A stretch of 63,639 bases of DNA, filler included, from Octopus bimaculoides (GCF_001194135.2; 6 parts of 6 records of this genome joined end to end with filler, not necessarily neighbours in it), one strand, 5' to 3'; positions 24,235 through 38,879 are shown, counted from the first letter of the whole stretch. Made by a program: numbers and translations. The notes: generated from the sequence alone by a model not told the origin.

Positions 24235-25339
24235 ACACACGCTGCACGACATAACATGCTCCTACGCACATATTTCCAACACTCCTTAACACACCACTCT
24301 CAGAACTTAGACAACAAAATAGCATCGCCTCTTTATTCCGTGATGCCATTGTTGTTGTTTTGTCTTTTTGTTTTGCTTTTTTTTTGTTTTGTTTTTTAGT
24401 ATTGTCGTTGATAATGATGATGAAGATAATGATGACGATGATGACGATGGTGTCACTTCTGTTATTGTCGTTGTTGTTGTTGTTGCTGCTGTTGTTATTG
24501 TACCCTCTCAACCTCTGTACATTGTTGATTCCAGTAGCAAGGTAATTAAAAAGATCTGAATGGTGATGNNNNNNNNNNNNNNNNNNNNNNNNNNNNNNNN
24601 NNNNNNNNNNNNNNNNNNNNNNNNNNNNNNNNNNNNNNNNNNNNNNNNNNNNNNNNNNNNNNNNNNNNNNNNNNNNNNNNNNNNNNNNNNNNNNNNNNNN
24701 NNNNNNNNNNNNNNNNNNNNNNNNNNNNNNNNNNNNNNNNNNNNNNNNNNNNNNNNNNNNNNNNNNNNNNNNNNNNNNNNNNNNNNNNNNNNNNNNNNNN
24801 NNNNNNNNNNNNNNNNNNNNNNNNNNNNNNNNNNNNNNNNNNNNNNNNNNNNNNNNNNNNNNNNNNNNNNNNNNNNNNNNNNNNNNNNNNNNNNNNNNNN
24901 NNNNNNNNNNNNNNNNNNNNNNNNNNNNNNNNNNNNNNNNNNNNNNNNNNNNNNNNNNNNNNNNNNNNNNNNNNNNNNNNNNNNNNNNNNNNNNNNNNNN
25001 NNNNNNNNNNNNNNNNNNNNNNNNNNNNNNNNNNNNNNNNNNNNNNNNNNNNNNNNNNNNNNNNNNNNNNNNNNNNNNNNNNNNNNNNNNNNNNNNNNNN
25101 NNNNNNNNNNNNGTGGTGTTGGTGATGGTGGTGGTGATGGTGGTGCTGCTGCTACTGATGGCGACAACTGTGGCGGTGGTGTTGGTGATGGCGGCATTGT
25201 GGTGGTGGTGGTGGTGGTGATGGTGGTGGTAGATGTGTTGCAGGTGGTAGTGGTGGTAATCGTTGCGCTGATGGTGGTGGCAACGGTGCTGGTAGAAGCT
25301 GGCAATTCTAACAGCAGAAGTGTCGACGTTGCTGTTGTC

Positions 25340-25388
<49 letters not shown>

Positions 25389-25550
25389 TTGAGGGTGGGG
25401 TTTGCTCCATACTGCTAGTTGTTGTTGTTGTGGTGTTAGTGGTGGTTATTGTGGTTGTTGTGGTTGGTACGATAGAGATATGGCCTGGTATTACATAAAA
25501 ATGATGCTGATGGTGACGATAACAAGAACAGAGATGACGACAGCGCGGTG

Positions 25551-25582
<32 letters not shown>

Positions 25583-25610
25583 CGTCGTAGTGGTGGTCGT
25601 GGTGGTTACT
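24192..25610. repeat. (CA)n, (GTT)n, (GAT)n, (GGT)n and (GTA)n tracts around a gap
   Basis: Direct inspection. Confidence 0.9.
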
Positions 25611-27629
25611 CGCTATTGTTTCACCTTGCCAGCTCATGATGACTGCATCGAAGATCAAAGTCGTACTCTTCCATGAACATCCTATTTATATCTAGGACTA
25701 CAGCAATGCAATGTCCAATATCACTCTCACCTTATCTTTAAAAGACTTGCAAGTATGCCTTCATTGTTAAAGACAAATTTAGCTGCACTTTCTAGCGCAT
25801 CGAGTGACACACAATTGTTTACCCATAGGATCACTGTTGTATATAACATTTAGACATAGATTCCAACCACGACTATCCCGTCTTTGCTTTTTATTGCAAA
25901 TTAGTGGGTAATAATTTCGTAAAGGTGTGCTGTATTGTTGTTGATATTTAAATGCGCATTTCAACCGTGACCGTTCCATCTATTTGTGTATTAGGTACTA
26001 CGTTGTCCAATATGCTTTCTTCATCAAATCTGCTGTCTCTGATTTGAGGGAGATATATTAGTTACTTCTAGCAGTTCGAATGACTGTGTGGAGTTTTTCT
26101 AGTGGTTATTTAGCACCGGGCCAACCATGAACGAGGAAGCTTACAATCAAAGACATTTCAGCCATGACCATCCCGACTTCCAGCAGCCCAAACATATCTA
26201 TGACTACATTTTCCACGATGTTCTTCCTTTCTAAAACGGTAGGACTGTCCTTTGTGATGGAAATGTTTGAAAATTAAGAAAACGTATTTGTCTCTTGTAT
26301 TCCACGAGAAAAATATTATTGGTAGAATCGTTAGAGCTGGGGTCAAATGCCTTGAGGTACTTGCTTATGTCTTTTTGTGTGCTGAGTTCAAATGCCACTG
26401 AGGTCAACTTTGTCTTTTCGTCCTTTCGTTGTCGATGAATCAAATAACCAATCAAATACGACTAACCAATTCCGCTTCTCAAGGAATTGGTGATCTTACG
26501 TTTAAATCATCATTCATCATCATCANNNNNNNNNNNNNNNNNNNNNNNNNNNNNNNNNNNNNNNNNNNNNNNNNNNNNNNNNNNNNNNNNNNNNNNNNNN
26601 NNNNNNNNNNNNNNNNNNNNNNNNNNNNNNNNNNNNNNNNNNNNNNNNNNNNNNNNNNNNNNNNNNNNNNNNNNNNNNNNNNNNNNNNNNNNNNNNNNNN
26701 NNNNNNNNNNNNNNNNNNNNNNNNNNNNNNNNNNNNNNNNNNNNNNNNNNNNNNNNNNNNNNNNTATATATATATATATATGTGTATGTATATATACACA
26801 CACACATATGTTAGCATATACGTGTGTGTGTGTTTATTTGTTTGCATAAGATAAGGCAGAAAACGAGAAAACAAATACAGACGGAACGACCAGAGAATTT
26901 TCTTTTTATCGGCAATCCAGATTAAGGAATTTGCATTATAAAGCGTTGACCAAAGTCCACTCCTTCAACCATAGTTACAGTTAATAAGGATTTTGTCTGT
27001 TGAAAACGTAACAAAGACGAGAGCATATAATTAAATATTTTAGGATGATATATGTAAGTTTCGGGAGAGACGATACACCTAGATGAGATTATAATAAATA
27101 TTAAACTGAGAACAACAGGGATGGGACAGGACAATGAATAAAACTGAGATGAAGACTGATTCGGATGAAGACAAAAACAAAGGAAACTAGAATTCGGAAC
27201 CAAACAAGCCAAAATACTCTGGTCAGGCCCTTCCTTGCTGACGTCACAGACACAGCAGTCCAAGGGGCTCAATGCAGTAGAGCTACGAGCCCACGTGATG
27301 TTTTAAGAGGGTTTTGTAGTTTTTTCGATGCTGGACATATATTGTATTCTTATCATTATGTAGAATTTGTAGATGGATTTCTTTGTGCCTAACGCGTCTA
27401 ATATTAGACTTCGTCACTTGAAGCTAGATTAGTGGAGGCCACCATCGAGCGATAGCATTGTCACTAATGATGTCGATGTATATTTGCATATTTGTAGTAT
27501 ATATGTGGGTGTCTTTGTGTGTCTGTGTGTGCCTGTATGTACGTATAAATATGCGTGCGTTCGTCTGTGTATATGTGTATGTATACATTGCACTTTGGGA
27601 CAATCATATTCTTTTCTACTCTAGGTAAA

Positions 27630-27810
27630 ACGCCTGAAATTTTTGAGGAGGGAGCCAATCGATTAGATCAACCTCAGTACGTAACTGGTACTTAATTTAT
27701 CGACCCCGAAAGGATGAAAGGCAAAGTCGACCTCGGTGGAATTTGAACTCAGAACATAAAGACAGGCGAAATACCGCTAAGCATTTCGCCCAGCGTGCTA
27801 ACGTTTTCGG
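27630..27810 (-). mobile_element. SINE B, CpG-intact
   Basis: Near-consensus copy; 11 CpG counted in 27661-27810. Confidence 0.9.
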
Positions 27811-28011
27811 CCAATCATATTGCTAAGAAACAAGTGCAAACATTGTTGTTAGTCCTGAGTTCCAATGATATTGTTAACTAATTTATCAGAAATATTGACA
27901 TCACACCAGTGCACTGATACAATAACTAAAATATGACTAAAATATAAGTTAATAGAAATCAAGGCGTCAGTTTACTGGCATTACGACCGTCTCAATTTAT
28001 TTCTATAACAG

Positions 28012-28066
28012 ATTCGGGTACGGTTTCAGATTAAAAATTCTTGGTGTGCAAATTCAAAAAGAAATG
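28012..28066 (+). CDS. Candidate 55-bp coding exon (xFGYGFRLKILGVQIQKEM)
   Basis: Strong acceptor tttatttctataacag|, donor ATG|gtatcc, phase 2 in and phase 0 out; no homology recognised. Confidence 0.25.
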
Positions 28067-28504
28067 GTATCCACGTGAGATCATGAGTGAACATTAGATA
28101 TATACAGTAAGATTGGAAAGCATTTGCATTCAACAAGCGACAGTAAGTAACATTAATACTCTCAAGGAAATATCTGGTGTGCGTTTGTGCATGTATGTTT
28201 GTATACATGTGTGTTTCTCAGATGCATCAATCTCTTATTTCCGTATATATGAGCAGCATTTAGACAAACAGTGAATACATCAAGCAAGGATTTGGTTTTA
28301 TTACATGTAGAGGAGTCATACAAAGCATGCAACTATGATCTTCCTTTCACAAATAGAAACTGCATAGAATGATTTTTCTGCTTCCTTACTCATTATTCTC
28401 TGTACTTTCTGACGATGATTCCGAGAACGATCGAAACTTACGAACCTCTTCCCTCTGTTTTCTATAAACACGAATGTATTCTTTATCAATATTATTCTTT
28501 TATT

Positions 28505-28602
28505 CTTTTACTTGTTTCAGTTATTTGACTGCGGCCATGCTGGAGCACCACCTTTAGTCGAACGAATCGACCTCAGGACTTATTCCTTATAAGCCTAGTA
28601 CT
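28505..28602 (-). mobile_element. SINE A 3' end, cut by gap
   Basis: Homology to 486-590. Confidence 0.9.
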
Positions 28603-30403
28603 NNNNNNNNNNNNNNNNNNNNNNNNNNNNNNNNNNNNNNNNNNNNNNNNNNNNNNNNNNNNNNNNNNNNNNNNNNNNNNNNNNNNNNNNNNNNNNNNNN
28701 NNNNNNNNNNNNNNNNNNNNNNNNNNNNNNNNNNNNNNNNNNNNNNNNNNNNNNNNNNNNNNNNNNNNNNNNNNNNNNNNNNNNNNNNNNNNNNNNNNNN
28801 NNNNNNNNNNNNNNNNNNNNNNNNNNNNNNNNNNNNNNNNNNNNNNNNNNNNNNNNNNNNNNNNNNNNNNNNNNNNNNNNNNNNNNNNNNNNNNNNNNNN
28901 NNNNNNNNNNNNNNNNNNNNNNNNNNNNNNNNNNNNNNNNNNNNNNNNNNNNNNNNNNNNNNNNNNNNNNNNNNNNNNNNNNNNNNNNNNNNNNNATATA
29001 TATATATATACATATATATATATACATATACATACTTACACACACACACATATATTTATGTGTGTATGTATGTATGTATGTATACATGTATGTGTTGCAT
29101 GTGTGTGCGTGTATTTGTATGCTTATATATGTATATAATTTTCTGTGTATTTCTAGTCCCTCTCGTTGTTGCCTCTTACAGAACTTGTGGTAAACGTATT
29201 CAGCCAGGCAACGCAGGGTGTGACCATGAAGATGCACCATGAACACAAACATTCATACGGTCATGCAACAATAGACACGGGCTATGCTTTCAGTCGCATA
29301 CCTCTACTTTCGGTAGATATAGATACACATCGCTCCTACTGTGAAAATCAGAATATCGTCTTGAAACGTGTGTGTGTGTATGTGTGTGTGTGTCTGTGTG
29401 TGTGTGTGTTTGTATGTATAGATATGTGTATTTATTTGCACACGCGTATAACTATGTAAAACTAAGACTGCATCCAATGGTAATGGTGCGCAACTTCATA
29501 AATCTCTGCTTCTTAGAGAGTCTTTAGGTTCATGTGTAGAATTCTTTATATATGAATATACGCTCTTGTGTATATATTTGTTATACACACACACACACAC
29601 GCACACACATACACACACATACACATACTCATTCACTCACTCGTGCAGACACACACAAATAGGCACGCAAACTCACAAATATATAGTTTATTCATGAACC
29701 TGCGGTTGCCGGTATGCTTACGTATGTAGGTGGAAATATCTCCGCTTCTTGCTCATTATTTAAGTGAGCCTAATTCCACTTGTGTGCTTGTGTCTCTACT
29801 TGCATATATGTGTGTATGTATGTATGTATGTATGTATGTATGTATGTATGTATGTATGTATGTATGTATGTATATACATATACTCATTGAGAAGGTGAGG
29901 AGCAGATAGAAAAGAATTGCATGCGAGTGTATACCTGCACTTGTGCTTGTGTGTGTGTCAATTTGTATACACAATTTCNNNNNNNNNNNNNNNNNNNNNN
30001 NNNNNNNNNNNNNNNNNNNNNNNNNNNNNNNNNNNNNNNNNNNNNNNNNNNNNNNNNNNNNNNNNNNNNNNNNNNNNNNNNNNNNNNNNNNNNNNNNNNN
30101 NNNNNNNNNNNNNNNNNNNNNNNNNNNNNNNNNNNNNNNNNNNNNNNNNNNNNNNNNNNNNNNNNNNNNNNNNNNNNNNNNNNNNNNNNNNNNNNNNNNN
30201 NNNNNNNNNNNNNNNNNNNNNNNNNNNNNNNNNNNNNNNNNNNNNNNNNNNNNNNNNNNNNNNNNNNNNNNNNNNNNNNNNNNNNNNNNNNNNNNNNNNN
30301 NNNNNNNNNNNNNNNNNNNNNNNNNNNNNNNNNNNNNNNNNNNNNNNNNNNNNNNNNNNNNNNNNNNNNNNNNNNNNNNNNNNNNNNNNNNNNNNNNNNN
30401 NNN

Positions 30404-30438
<35 letters not shown>

Positions 30439-31051
30439 ATGTATATGTATATATGTATGTATGTATCTTTGTCTGTGTGGCACTCTCTCCTTTCTCACAG
30501 CATCTCCTTCACATCCTCTTTATTCTTCTCTTTATCTCTTTCCTTGTCTGCCTGTCTGTCTGTTTGTCTGTCTCTTTCTCTTTCTCTCTCCATGTGTTCG
30601 TGTGTTTCATTGTATATATCGCTCTGCATGTGTGCGTGTTTTTTGACAGCCTGTAAGCAACGGGAGGTAAAAATAAAAATATTCCGATATTAATAGAGTG
30701 AATATAGGAAGAAAATAATACCAATTTCTGAAGCGTATTAAGGGAATTCAAAGGATGCCTTACTAAATACATCTATGTCAAATGGCTTGTTCTTTCACAT
30801 GTCTTTCAGCCTAATCTATCAATTCCATTCTTCGTCAGAGCTAATTTCTTTTTTCGCCATTTTCATTTTTCTTATCTACATCAAAATCTACTTTCACTCC
30901 CTCCATCTCACTCACTCTCTCTTTCTCTCTCTCTCTCTCACGCACACACACTTACACACGCACAAACATATGTACACACATGCACTCAAAGAAACAGAAA
31001 CACGTAAAAATACATGGACGTAGATATATATATATATGTATGTGCGCACAC

Positions 31052-31091
<40 letters not shown>

Positions 31092-32683
31092 TACACACAC
31101 ACATACACACATATAATCTTTGGCAATAACATCTATATATCTTTATTTACATTTTTATCTGTAATCTTTATCTACATCTGCATTTATCTATCAATGGTTA
31201 TATATATATACATACATATGTATGTTTATATATGTACATGTATATATGTATATATATTCATATACATTTATACATATACATATCTGTTATATATACTTAT
31301 ANNNNNNNNNNNNNNNNNNNNNNNNNNNNNNNNNNNNNNNNNNNNNNNNNNNNNNNNNNNNNNNNNNNNNNNNNNNNNNNNNNNNNNNNNNNNNNNNNNN
31401 NNNNNNNNNNNNNNNNNNNNNNNNNNNNNNNNNNNNNNNNNNNNNNNNNNNNNNNNNNNNNNNNNNNNNNNNNNNNNNNNNNNNNNNNNNNNNNNNNNNN
31501 NNNNNNNNNNNNNNNNNNNNNNNNNNNNNNNNNNNNNNNNNNNNNNNNNNNNNNNNNNNNNNNNNNNNNNNNNNNNNNNNNNNNNNNNNNNNNNNNNNNN
31601 NNNNNNNNNNNNNNNNNNNNNNNNNNNNNNNNNNNNNNNNNNNNNNNNNNNNNNNNNNNNNNNNNNNNNNNNNNNNNNNNNNNNNNNNNNNNNNNNNNNN
31701 NNNNNNNNNNNNNNNNNNNNNNNNNNNNNNNNNNNNNNNNNNNNNNNNNNNNNNNNNNNNNNNNNNNNNNNNNNNNNNNNNNNNNNNNNNNNNNNNNNNN
31801 NNNNNNNNNNNNNNNNNNNNNNNNNNNNNNNNNNNNNNNNNNNNNNNNNNNNNNNNNNNNNNNNNNNNNNNNNNNNNNNNNNNNNNNNNNNNNNNNNNNN
31901 NNNNNNNNNNNNNNNNNNNNNNNNNNNNNNNNNNNNNNNNNNNNNNNNNNNNNNNNNNNNNNNNNNNATATATATATATATATTTATATATATATATATA
32001 TATGCACACACACACATATATATACACACACACATCCATAGATATATGTATGCATGCGTGTGTCTATATGTACGTCCTTGTATATATGCATGTAAAATAT
32101 ATTTATGTAATATATAATGTGTGTATGTATGTGTAACTGTGTTTGATTTTATGCAAGTGTATAGGCTTTCAAATGTATGTGTTGCTTTGCCTGTATGTTC
32201 ACGTTTTCCTATGTGTTTTTCTTTACACTTGTGTGCGCATGCGTATGTTTGTATGATTCTATTCAATTGCATGTATATGGATATCTTTCGATATTTTCAA
32301 GTCAAAAACTTTCCCAATCAACAATGGCTTCTGAGATATAACACCATAACACTTTCTTCTTTTATAGTTAAGTATCTATGAGATCCACCATAAGTCGCTA
32401 CGTATTCACTCGAAATATCAAACCAGATATGTCTCAAAATACTCCATAACATTTTAAAATTGAAGTTCGTATTAGGAAAATTAAGCTTAGATAAAATACG
32501 CTAGAGTAAAATAAGCATTGGTTAAGGCTGAAACGGTTTTAACAATGGCTTCTCGATTACAAGTGAAGCTGGTGATGAACAGCATCGTCAAATGTCTATT
32601 GATGGTGCATGAATGTGTATTGTGGTTAAGATATCTGGCTGTCAACCACAAGATTATGAGTTCAGTTCTTGAAACAGACGTCT

Positions 32684-32914
32684 TATTTCTTTATTGCAAA
32701 CAAGGGGCTAAACATAGAGGGGACAAACAAGGACAGACAAAGGGATTAAGTCGATTACGTCGACCCCAGTGCGTAACTGGTACTTAATTTATCGACCCCG
32801 AAAGGATGAAAGGCCAAGTCGACCTCAGTGGAATTTGAACTCAGAACGTAACGGCAGTCGAAATACCGCTAAGCATTTCGCCCGGCGTGCTAACGTTTCT
32901 ACCATGTTGCCGCC
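32684..32914 (-). mobile_element. Young SINE B with a perfect 18-bp TSD
   Basis: TTCTTGAAACAGACGTCT at 32666-32683 and 32915-32932. Confidence 0.92.
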
Positions 32915-34475
32915 TTCTTGAAACAGACGTCTCGCGTTCTTGAGCAAGTCACCGCCCTTCACGTTGATCAAGTCTATTTAACTGAGACGAGTATGAACCA
33001 AATGCTGGGGCAACTTACTCTCCTTCCAGCTGTCATATCGTGGATGTTGNNNNNNNNNNGAACCAAATGCTGGGGCAACTTACTCTCCTTCCAGCTGTCA
33101 TATCGTGGATGTTGATTCGAGAGTGCGCCTATCTTTGCTTTCGACTTCATAAATTCCTGAAACACTTAGTGAAAAAATGCTACACACTATCAAACCATGC
33201 TTCTTAGTGGATGACGTACAGTTGCGATGTGGTTCACATCGCTGTGCCAGCTCAATTCGCTGGATAAGCCGTGATGAATGAAGCAAAATCAGAAATGAAA
33301 ACCAATGATGCCGTTTGGACGAACGAAGATCTGACTGGTATATCACAGATCAGGCACAGTTATGTGGCTCAGAAGTTCGCCTTCTAAGCAAAGTGTTTCA
33401 GGTTCGCTTCAGCTTCGTGGTACCTTGGACAATTGTCTTCTACTATAACACAAGACTCATCAATGCCTTGTGGTTGAATTTGTCTGTGTTTATACCCTCA
33501 CCCACCATTTCACCGCTGGTGCTGGTTTGCTTATATTCGCGTCATTTAGTGGTTCAGCAAAAAGGGAATAATAAAATAAGTATATGGCTTGCAGATGATT
33601 TGTTTGCCTAAAACTTTTAAAGAAGTTGCTGCAGCATGACCACAGTCTAATTGCTGAAACAAATAAAAGAACAAATATAAAAAATGAAAAATACAATACA
33701 AACTCTATATACATTTATATGTACTTGTGTTATGGTATAATAATTTACTTTTGGATCAAGCGTTTATTGGATCAAGTGTTTTTAATAGATCCTTCTTCCA
33801 TACATGGTAGCTCTAACAGCTAGTAAGAGCAGTCAAATATTTCTTAAATCACACGCAGCAATTTTGAAAATAGAAGGAAAGATTGGTCATTGTATTAGTG
33901 ACCGATACACAAAATTACAAGATGGTCACTGCTGAAAGATTCTGATCATAGTTCCTCTCGATCATGTGTGAATTGGCGAATTTAACAATGTTCTTCATCG
34001 CCTAGGCTTCACTATTCAACGAGGCAGTGATAGTAAGTCGCTCTAACTTGCAATCCTTTATAATATAAGCTCAAGTCCTGAAATTAAGCAGATGGATATT
34101 CGACTGGCACTTATTGTATCAACTGTGGAAGAATTAAGGGAAAAATCTACCTCTGCGGAATTTGAACTTAGCACGTAAAAAGCCGGAAGAAATGCCACAA
34201 ATCGCTTTGACCAGCGAGCTACCGATTCTGCCCGCTCGCTAACTTTGCTTCAATATACATTAGTGTAACGTTTTTGTTTTGCCCCAGAGCGATATAATGA
34301 TAATCTGTTTAGAAGTGTTATTCTTCCATGGAATCCAAAATGCTCAATGAGAAACGTTACACTTCAGGCTTATTTTAAGAATGTTATTGAACGCTTTGTG
34401 GACTTTTGTTAAAATTGACCGCCAACACAGAAAGCTAAGCAGTAGCTTGTCTTGTGTGTATGAGAGAGGGGAGAG

Positions 34476-34513
<38 letters not shown>

Positions 34514-34539
34514 CATGCATATATATGGTTGTGACCGGT

Positions 34540-34992
34540 GTTACCTTCCACCCAGAGCCACGTGATAGGGGAAAATTCACGAAGTGGAAACTACTGTATT
34601 TTTAAAATTATTTTCATAATTTGTATATATTTATTTTATCATAAATGCATAACAACACCACACATTCGCCTCCCGAGTTTCGTTTTCCGTACAGTATGTG
34701 CGATTCTTTGTTTAGTCATTTACGATACACTACGTATTTTCTTTTAATATATTTTAATTAATGTGTTATACAGTGCAGTAGTGTACTGTATTTTTATTAA
34801 TTAATTTATTAATTTCTAGGCGCAAAAGTACTTATTTTACCGCAGAAATAAGTAAAATCTAGAACAATATAAATAATTATCGTCAGCAGAAATCCGCGAT
34901 AGACTGCGGAGTCCGCGATATAAATTTTCATATATTAGCCAGAAAAATTCGAGATATACTGAGGAGTTCGCGATAGGTAAACCGCGATATAG
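34540..34992. mobile_element. Probable pogo/Tigger-like MITE remnant
   Basis: Repeated (C)CGCGATA(G) subterminal-like motifs at 34895-34990 and several TACAGT/ACTGTA ends; termini not clean. Confidence 0.35.
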
Positions 34993-35278
34993 ATGCATAT
35001 ATTATTATATATATATATATAGATAGATAGATAGATAGATATGGCGGCTTCTTTCAACTTCCATCTGCCAAATCCATGCACTAGCCTTTGGTCGGCCCCG
35101 AGGCTATCTCTTAGAATAGAACACTTGCTCAAATCAACGTACATCGAATTGAAACCAAAACCACAAGGTTCAGAAGCAACCTTATACCTAAACAGCCACG
35201 TCTGTGCCTAAACAATTATGAATAAAAATGGAGACAACAGCATAAAATTGTTTCACATCTTATATTTTCATACTAAAG

Positions 35279-35388
35279 CCGAGAAGAGATGTGTCTTCGG
35301 ACAACGTTTTATCAGTCGATCGGTTTACATGTCAGCTTATCGGATTAGAAGCGGAAGAAATACGACGAGTGCATCAAGATGTTATAAG
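35279..35388 (+). CDS. Candidate 110-bp coding exon (PRRDVSSDNVLSVDRFTCQLIGLEAEEIRRVHQDVIR)
   Basis: Acceptor tattttcatactaaag|, weak donor AAG|gttcgg, phase 0 in and phase 2 out; non-repetitive peptide. Confidence 0.35.
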
Positions 35389-35949
35389 GTTCGGTGCCAT
35401 GAATAGCCCAGCTTTACTCGCTATCGCTGTTTTACTTATTTTTCCTTTTTGTTTTTATCTGTTGTTATTTTGTTTGTTTATGTTTGTTGTATAATTTAAT
35501 TTCGGTCTTTCTACATTGTTTTTATTAGTTTTTCTTTTTTCTTTTTTATCATGTTACATGAACATTTTCCAGAATTGAAATATATTCGGTTATATATATA
35601 TGTGTGTGCATATATATATATANNNNNNNNNNNNNNNNNNNNNNNNNNNNNNNNNNNNNNNNNNNNNNNNNNNNNNNNNNNNNNNNNNNNNNNNNNNNNN
35701 NNNNNNNNNNNNNNNNNNNNNNNNNNNNNNNNNNNNNNNNNNNNNNNNNNNNNNNNNNNNNNNNNNNNNNNNNNNNNNNNNNNNNNNNNNNNNNNNNNNN
35801 NNNNNNNNNNNNNNNNNNNNNNNNNNNNNNNNNNNNNNNNNNNNNNNNNNNNNNNNNNNNNNNNNNNNNNNNNNNNNNNNNNNNNNNNNNNNNNNNNNNN
35901 NTATATATATATATATAAATGTATGTGTGTATATATATATATATATATC

Positions 35950-36006
<57 letters not shown>

Positions 36007-36144
36007 GAATATATATGTATATATGCATTTATATATATCTATGCATACGCACTTATGCATGATACATATACATATATAAACTTATCTATATAGTACATAA
36101 AGATATAAGCCTATCTGTTTAGATAGACAGATAAATGGATAGAT

Positions 36145-36191
<47 letters not shown>

Positions 36192-36258
36192 AACACATAC
36201 ATTCTCTTGCCCCTTCTTTTTCTATCCCTTTCTCTTCCTGTTTTTCTCTCACTTCCTC

Positions 36259-36312
<54 letters not shown>

Positions 36313-38879
36313 CCTCTCTATCTCTCTCTTTATCTATCTATCTCACTTTCTCTCTCAAACAAACCCACACTATGCAAAATGCATTTCGGCATTATAGAAT
36401 TGCAAAATAAGCTGTAACGATTTCGCCAATCCTTCCGCTGTGACCGCGGTGGAGGTGGCGAAGAACCTACAGCCCTTTTAATCTGGACACAATGTCCTCA
36501 ATCGGCTGTACTCAAAAAATACCAGGCTAAGTCCACTGCGTAAATCTCATCAAAGGTGTTCGCTTGAACGCGGTGCACTTTTTGTAGTTACACAAGATTA
36601 ACAACATATAGTTTTGTTAATGCTGCTGCTGTTATTGTTGTTTTTAGTATTGTTGTGGCTGATGTTTCTTAAGATATGCCATCTACAGAATATTTCTGGT
36701 GGTTAAATATGCCATTGACCCTCCTGGAGATTACGAGCTCTGCCTTATATTGCTCCAAAGTCTACTATTCTGGCTCTTTCTACGTTACTCTTACTCTTTC
36801 TATTATTCTAGCATCCCTGGCTTGTTATCTCTCTCAACCTCTGTCTTTCGCTCTCCCTCTCTCATTCATTCTTTTTTATACACATATCGATATATGTACG
36901 CGTGTACATGTGTATTATATATGTATATATATATATGGTGTTAAGTGACAAAATCGAATGTGCGTCGAATAGAATGCATTGCGGTGTATGTTTCGGCTCC
37001 GTAAGTTCTGAGTTCAAATCCTGCTATTTCTCAGCGATAGAAACACCTCTTCAAAATATATCAGAAGTTATTATAAGTTGCGGTAACTTTATAGAAAGCG
37101 ACTAAATATTTCAGTTGATTACTTTCAATCAAATGCAGACCAATTAGCTGAAAATTCAAGGCGCCGCTCAATTTCTGAGCCCACGAATATATGCATGTAT
37201 ATACATATATATACAGCCTATTAAAGATATATTTAATCAGGGTCAATTTTACCCTACACGTTGAAGCAATATTGGCACTTAATCGATTCTCGAATTTTAC
37301 TAGGTTCTCATCGCAGCCAATCCCTGATAACCGAGCAGCCAATCTGTTTACATACACAAGAAATCCTGTAGCACCAGATTGTTGGAGCGACTAATTTACA
37401 TGTTGATAGATAGATAGATAGATCTAGGTAATTTGACTTCTGGTTATTTCTCTCCTTATATATATATATATATATATATNNNNNNNNNNNNNNNNNNNNN
37501 NNNNNNNNNNNNNNNNNNNNNNNNNNNNNNNNNNNNNNNNNNNNNNNNNNNNNNNNNNNNNNNNNNNNNNNNNNNNNNNNNNNNNNNNNNNNNNNNNNNN
37601 NNNNNNNNNNNNNNNNNNNNNNNNNNNNNNNNNNNNNNNNNNNNNNNNNNNNNNNNNNNNNNNNNNNNNNNNNNNNNNNNNNNNNNNNNNNNNNNNNNNN
37701 NNNNNNNNNNNNNNNNNNNNNNNNNNNNNNNNNNNNNNNNNNNNNNNNNNNNNNNNNNNNNNNNNNNNTTTAGTTAATTTAGTACGATCGTTTCACAGTT
37801 AAGAGTAAATAATACTCTATTCTGATCTTCAGCTAAATATTCTAATAAATTTGTTAATGTCTAAATAACTCACGTTAATTTTGACCATGTGAACATCAAT
37901 ACCACGTGAGGAAGACGTTAAGAAATTCATCGGCCAGTAAGTTCAAAATCCCTCGCCCTAATGAATTTCAATTCAGTGTGCATCAGAAATAGTCCCGCAT
38001 AGGAAAGAGACTCGTACGAATTCCTGTGGTTTAACTATCCACCTTAGAGTTATTATTAAAATATCTATATATACATATATATATATAGATATAGGTACAG
38101 TATCAATGAATGCTTAAGAAGTTTGCTTGTTAATCTAGAAAAAACGATTTCATTCTCACTAACTTCTTCATGTGAACGTTTACCTCAGACGCTTCCTACG
38201 CTTAACGGCTTCTCAACATTTCATTATATCAATTATAAACAGTCTTATTTTCATCGGTAAATGATCTGGAGATATTTGGTCCAACGAACCAGATAATATT
38301 TTAAAATTATGGTATGAGGCCAGCAGGTTCGAGTGGGAGAGGCTTAGGGATGAATGGCAAAGTCAAGGAAATTTGAGCTCAGAATGTCAAGGACGGACGA
38401 AATACCATCAAGCATTTCGCCCAGCGTGCTAACGAATCTGCCAGTTTATCGCCTTTTGTATTGAAAAACTAAAGTAAGCAATAGTTTTCTAGAGCAACAG
38501 ATTAGTATATTAGTTAATGGGTTGGCTATAAATGTTTGATGATTTAAGTTTAAGATTTACGAATGACACAACTTTTACCGGTGGGCGCAGAATAAATAGC
38601 TTTTGTGCATTTGTACTCGGTGTCATAAATACAAAATGGACAATCTAAAATCATGGTAATATTCCAAAAGTTTGCTTCTGTCTCATGATCAGTTGCATCG
38701 AACTGCAACCTGCAGCTTCTGAAGGTTTCCGGCTTACACTAAACTATATTTTACTGTACAGTTGGTACTCCACTGTTTGTTCTCCACTGTTTGTTTGTGA
38801 GTGTATGAGTATGTGTATATATATAATAAATGAGTATATGCATATATACGTACAGGTATGTGCATACCTACGTCTACCT

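Noticed and set aside
25700-26110. Possible decayed GIY-YIG on the minus strand (KHIGQR..NRWNGH)
   Set aside because: Only one motif among many stops; cannot be supported by eye
28408-28445. CTGACGA..GAAAC hammerhead-like motif (similar traces near 27050 and 51740)
   Set aside because: No NUH triplet or stem I pairing; at most a relic
32997-33113. Exact tandem duplication of about 55 bp, and a similar one at 59739-59921
   Set aside because: Each pair straddles an N gap; unmerged contig overlap
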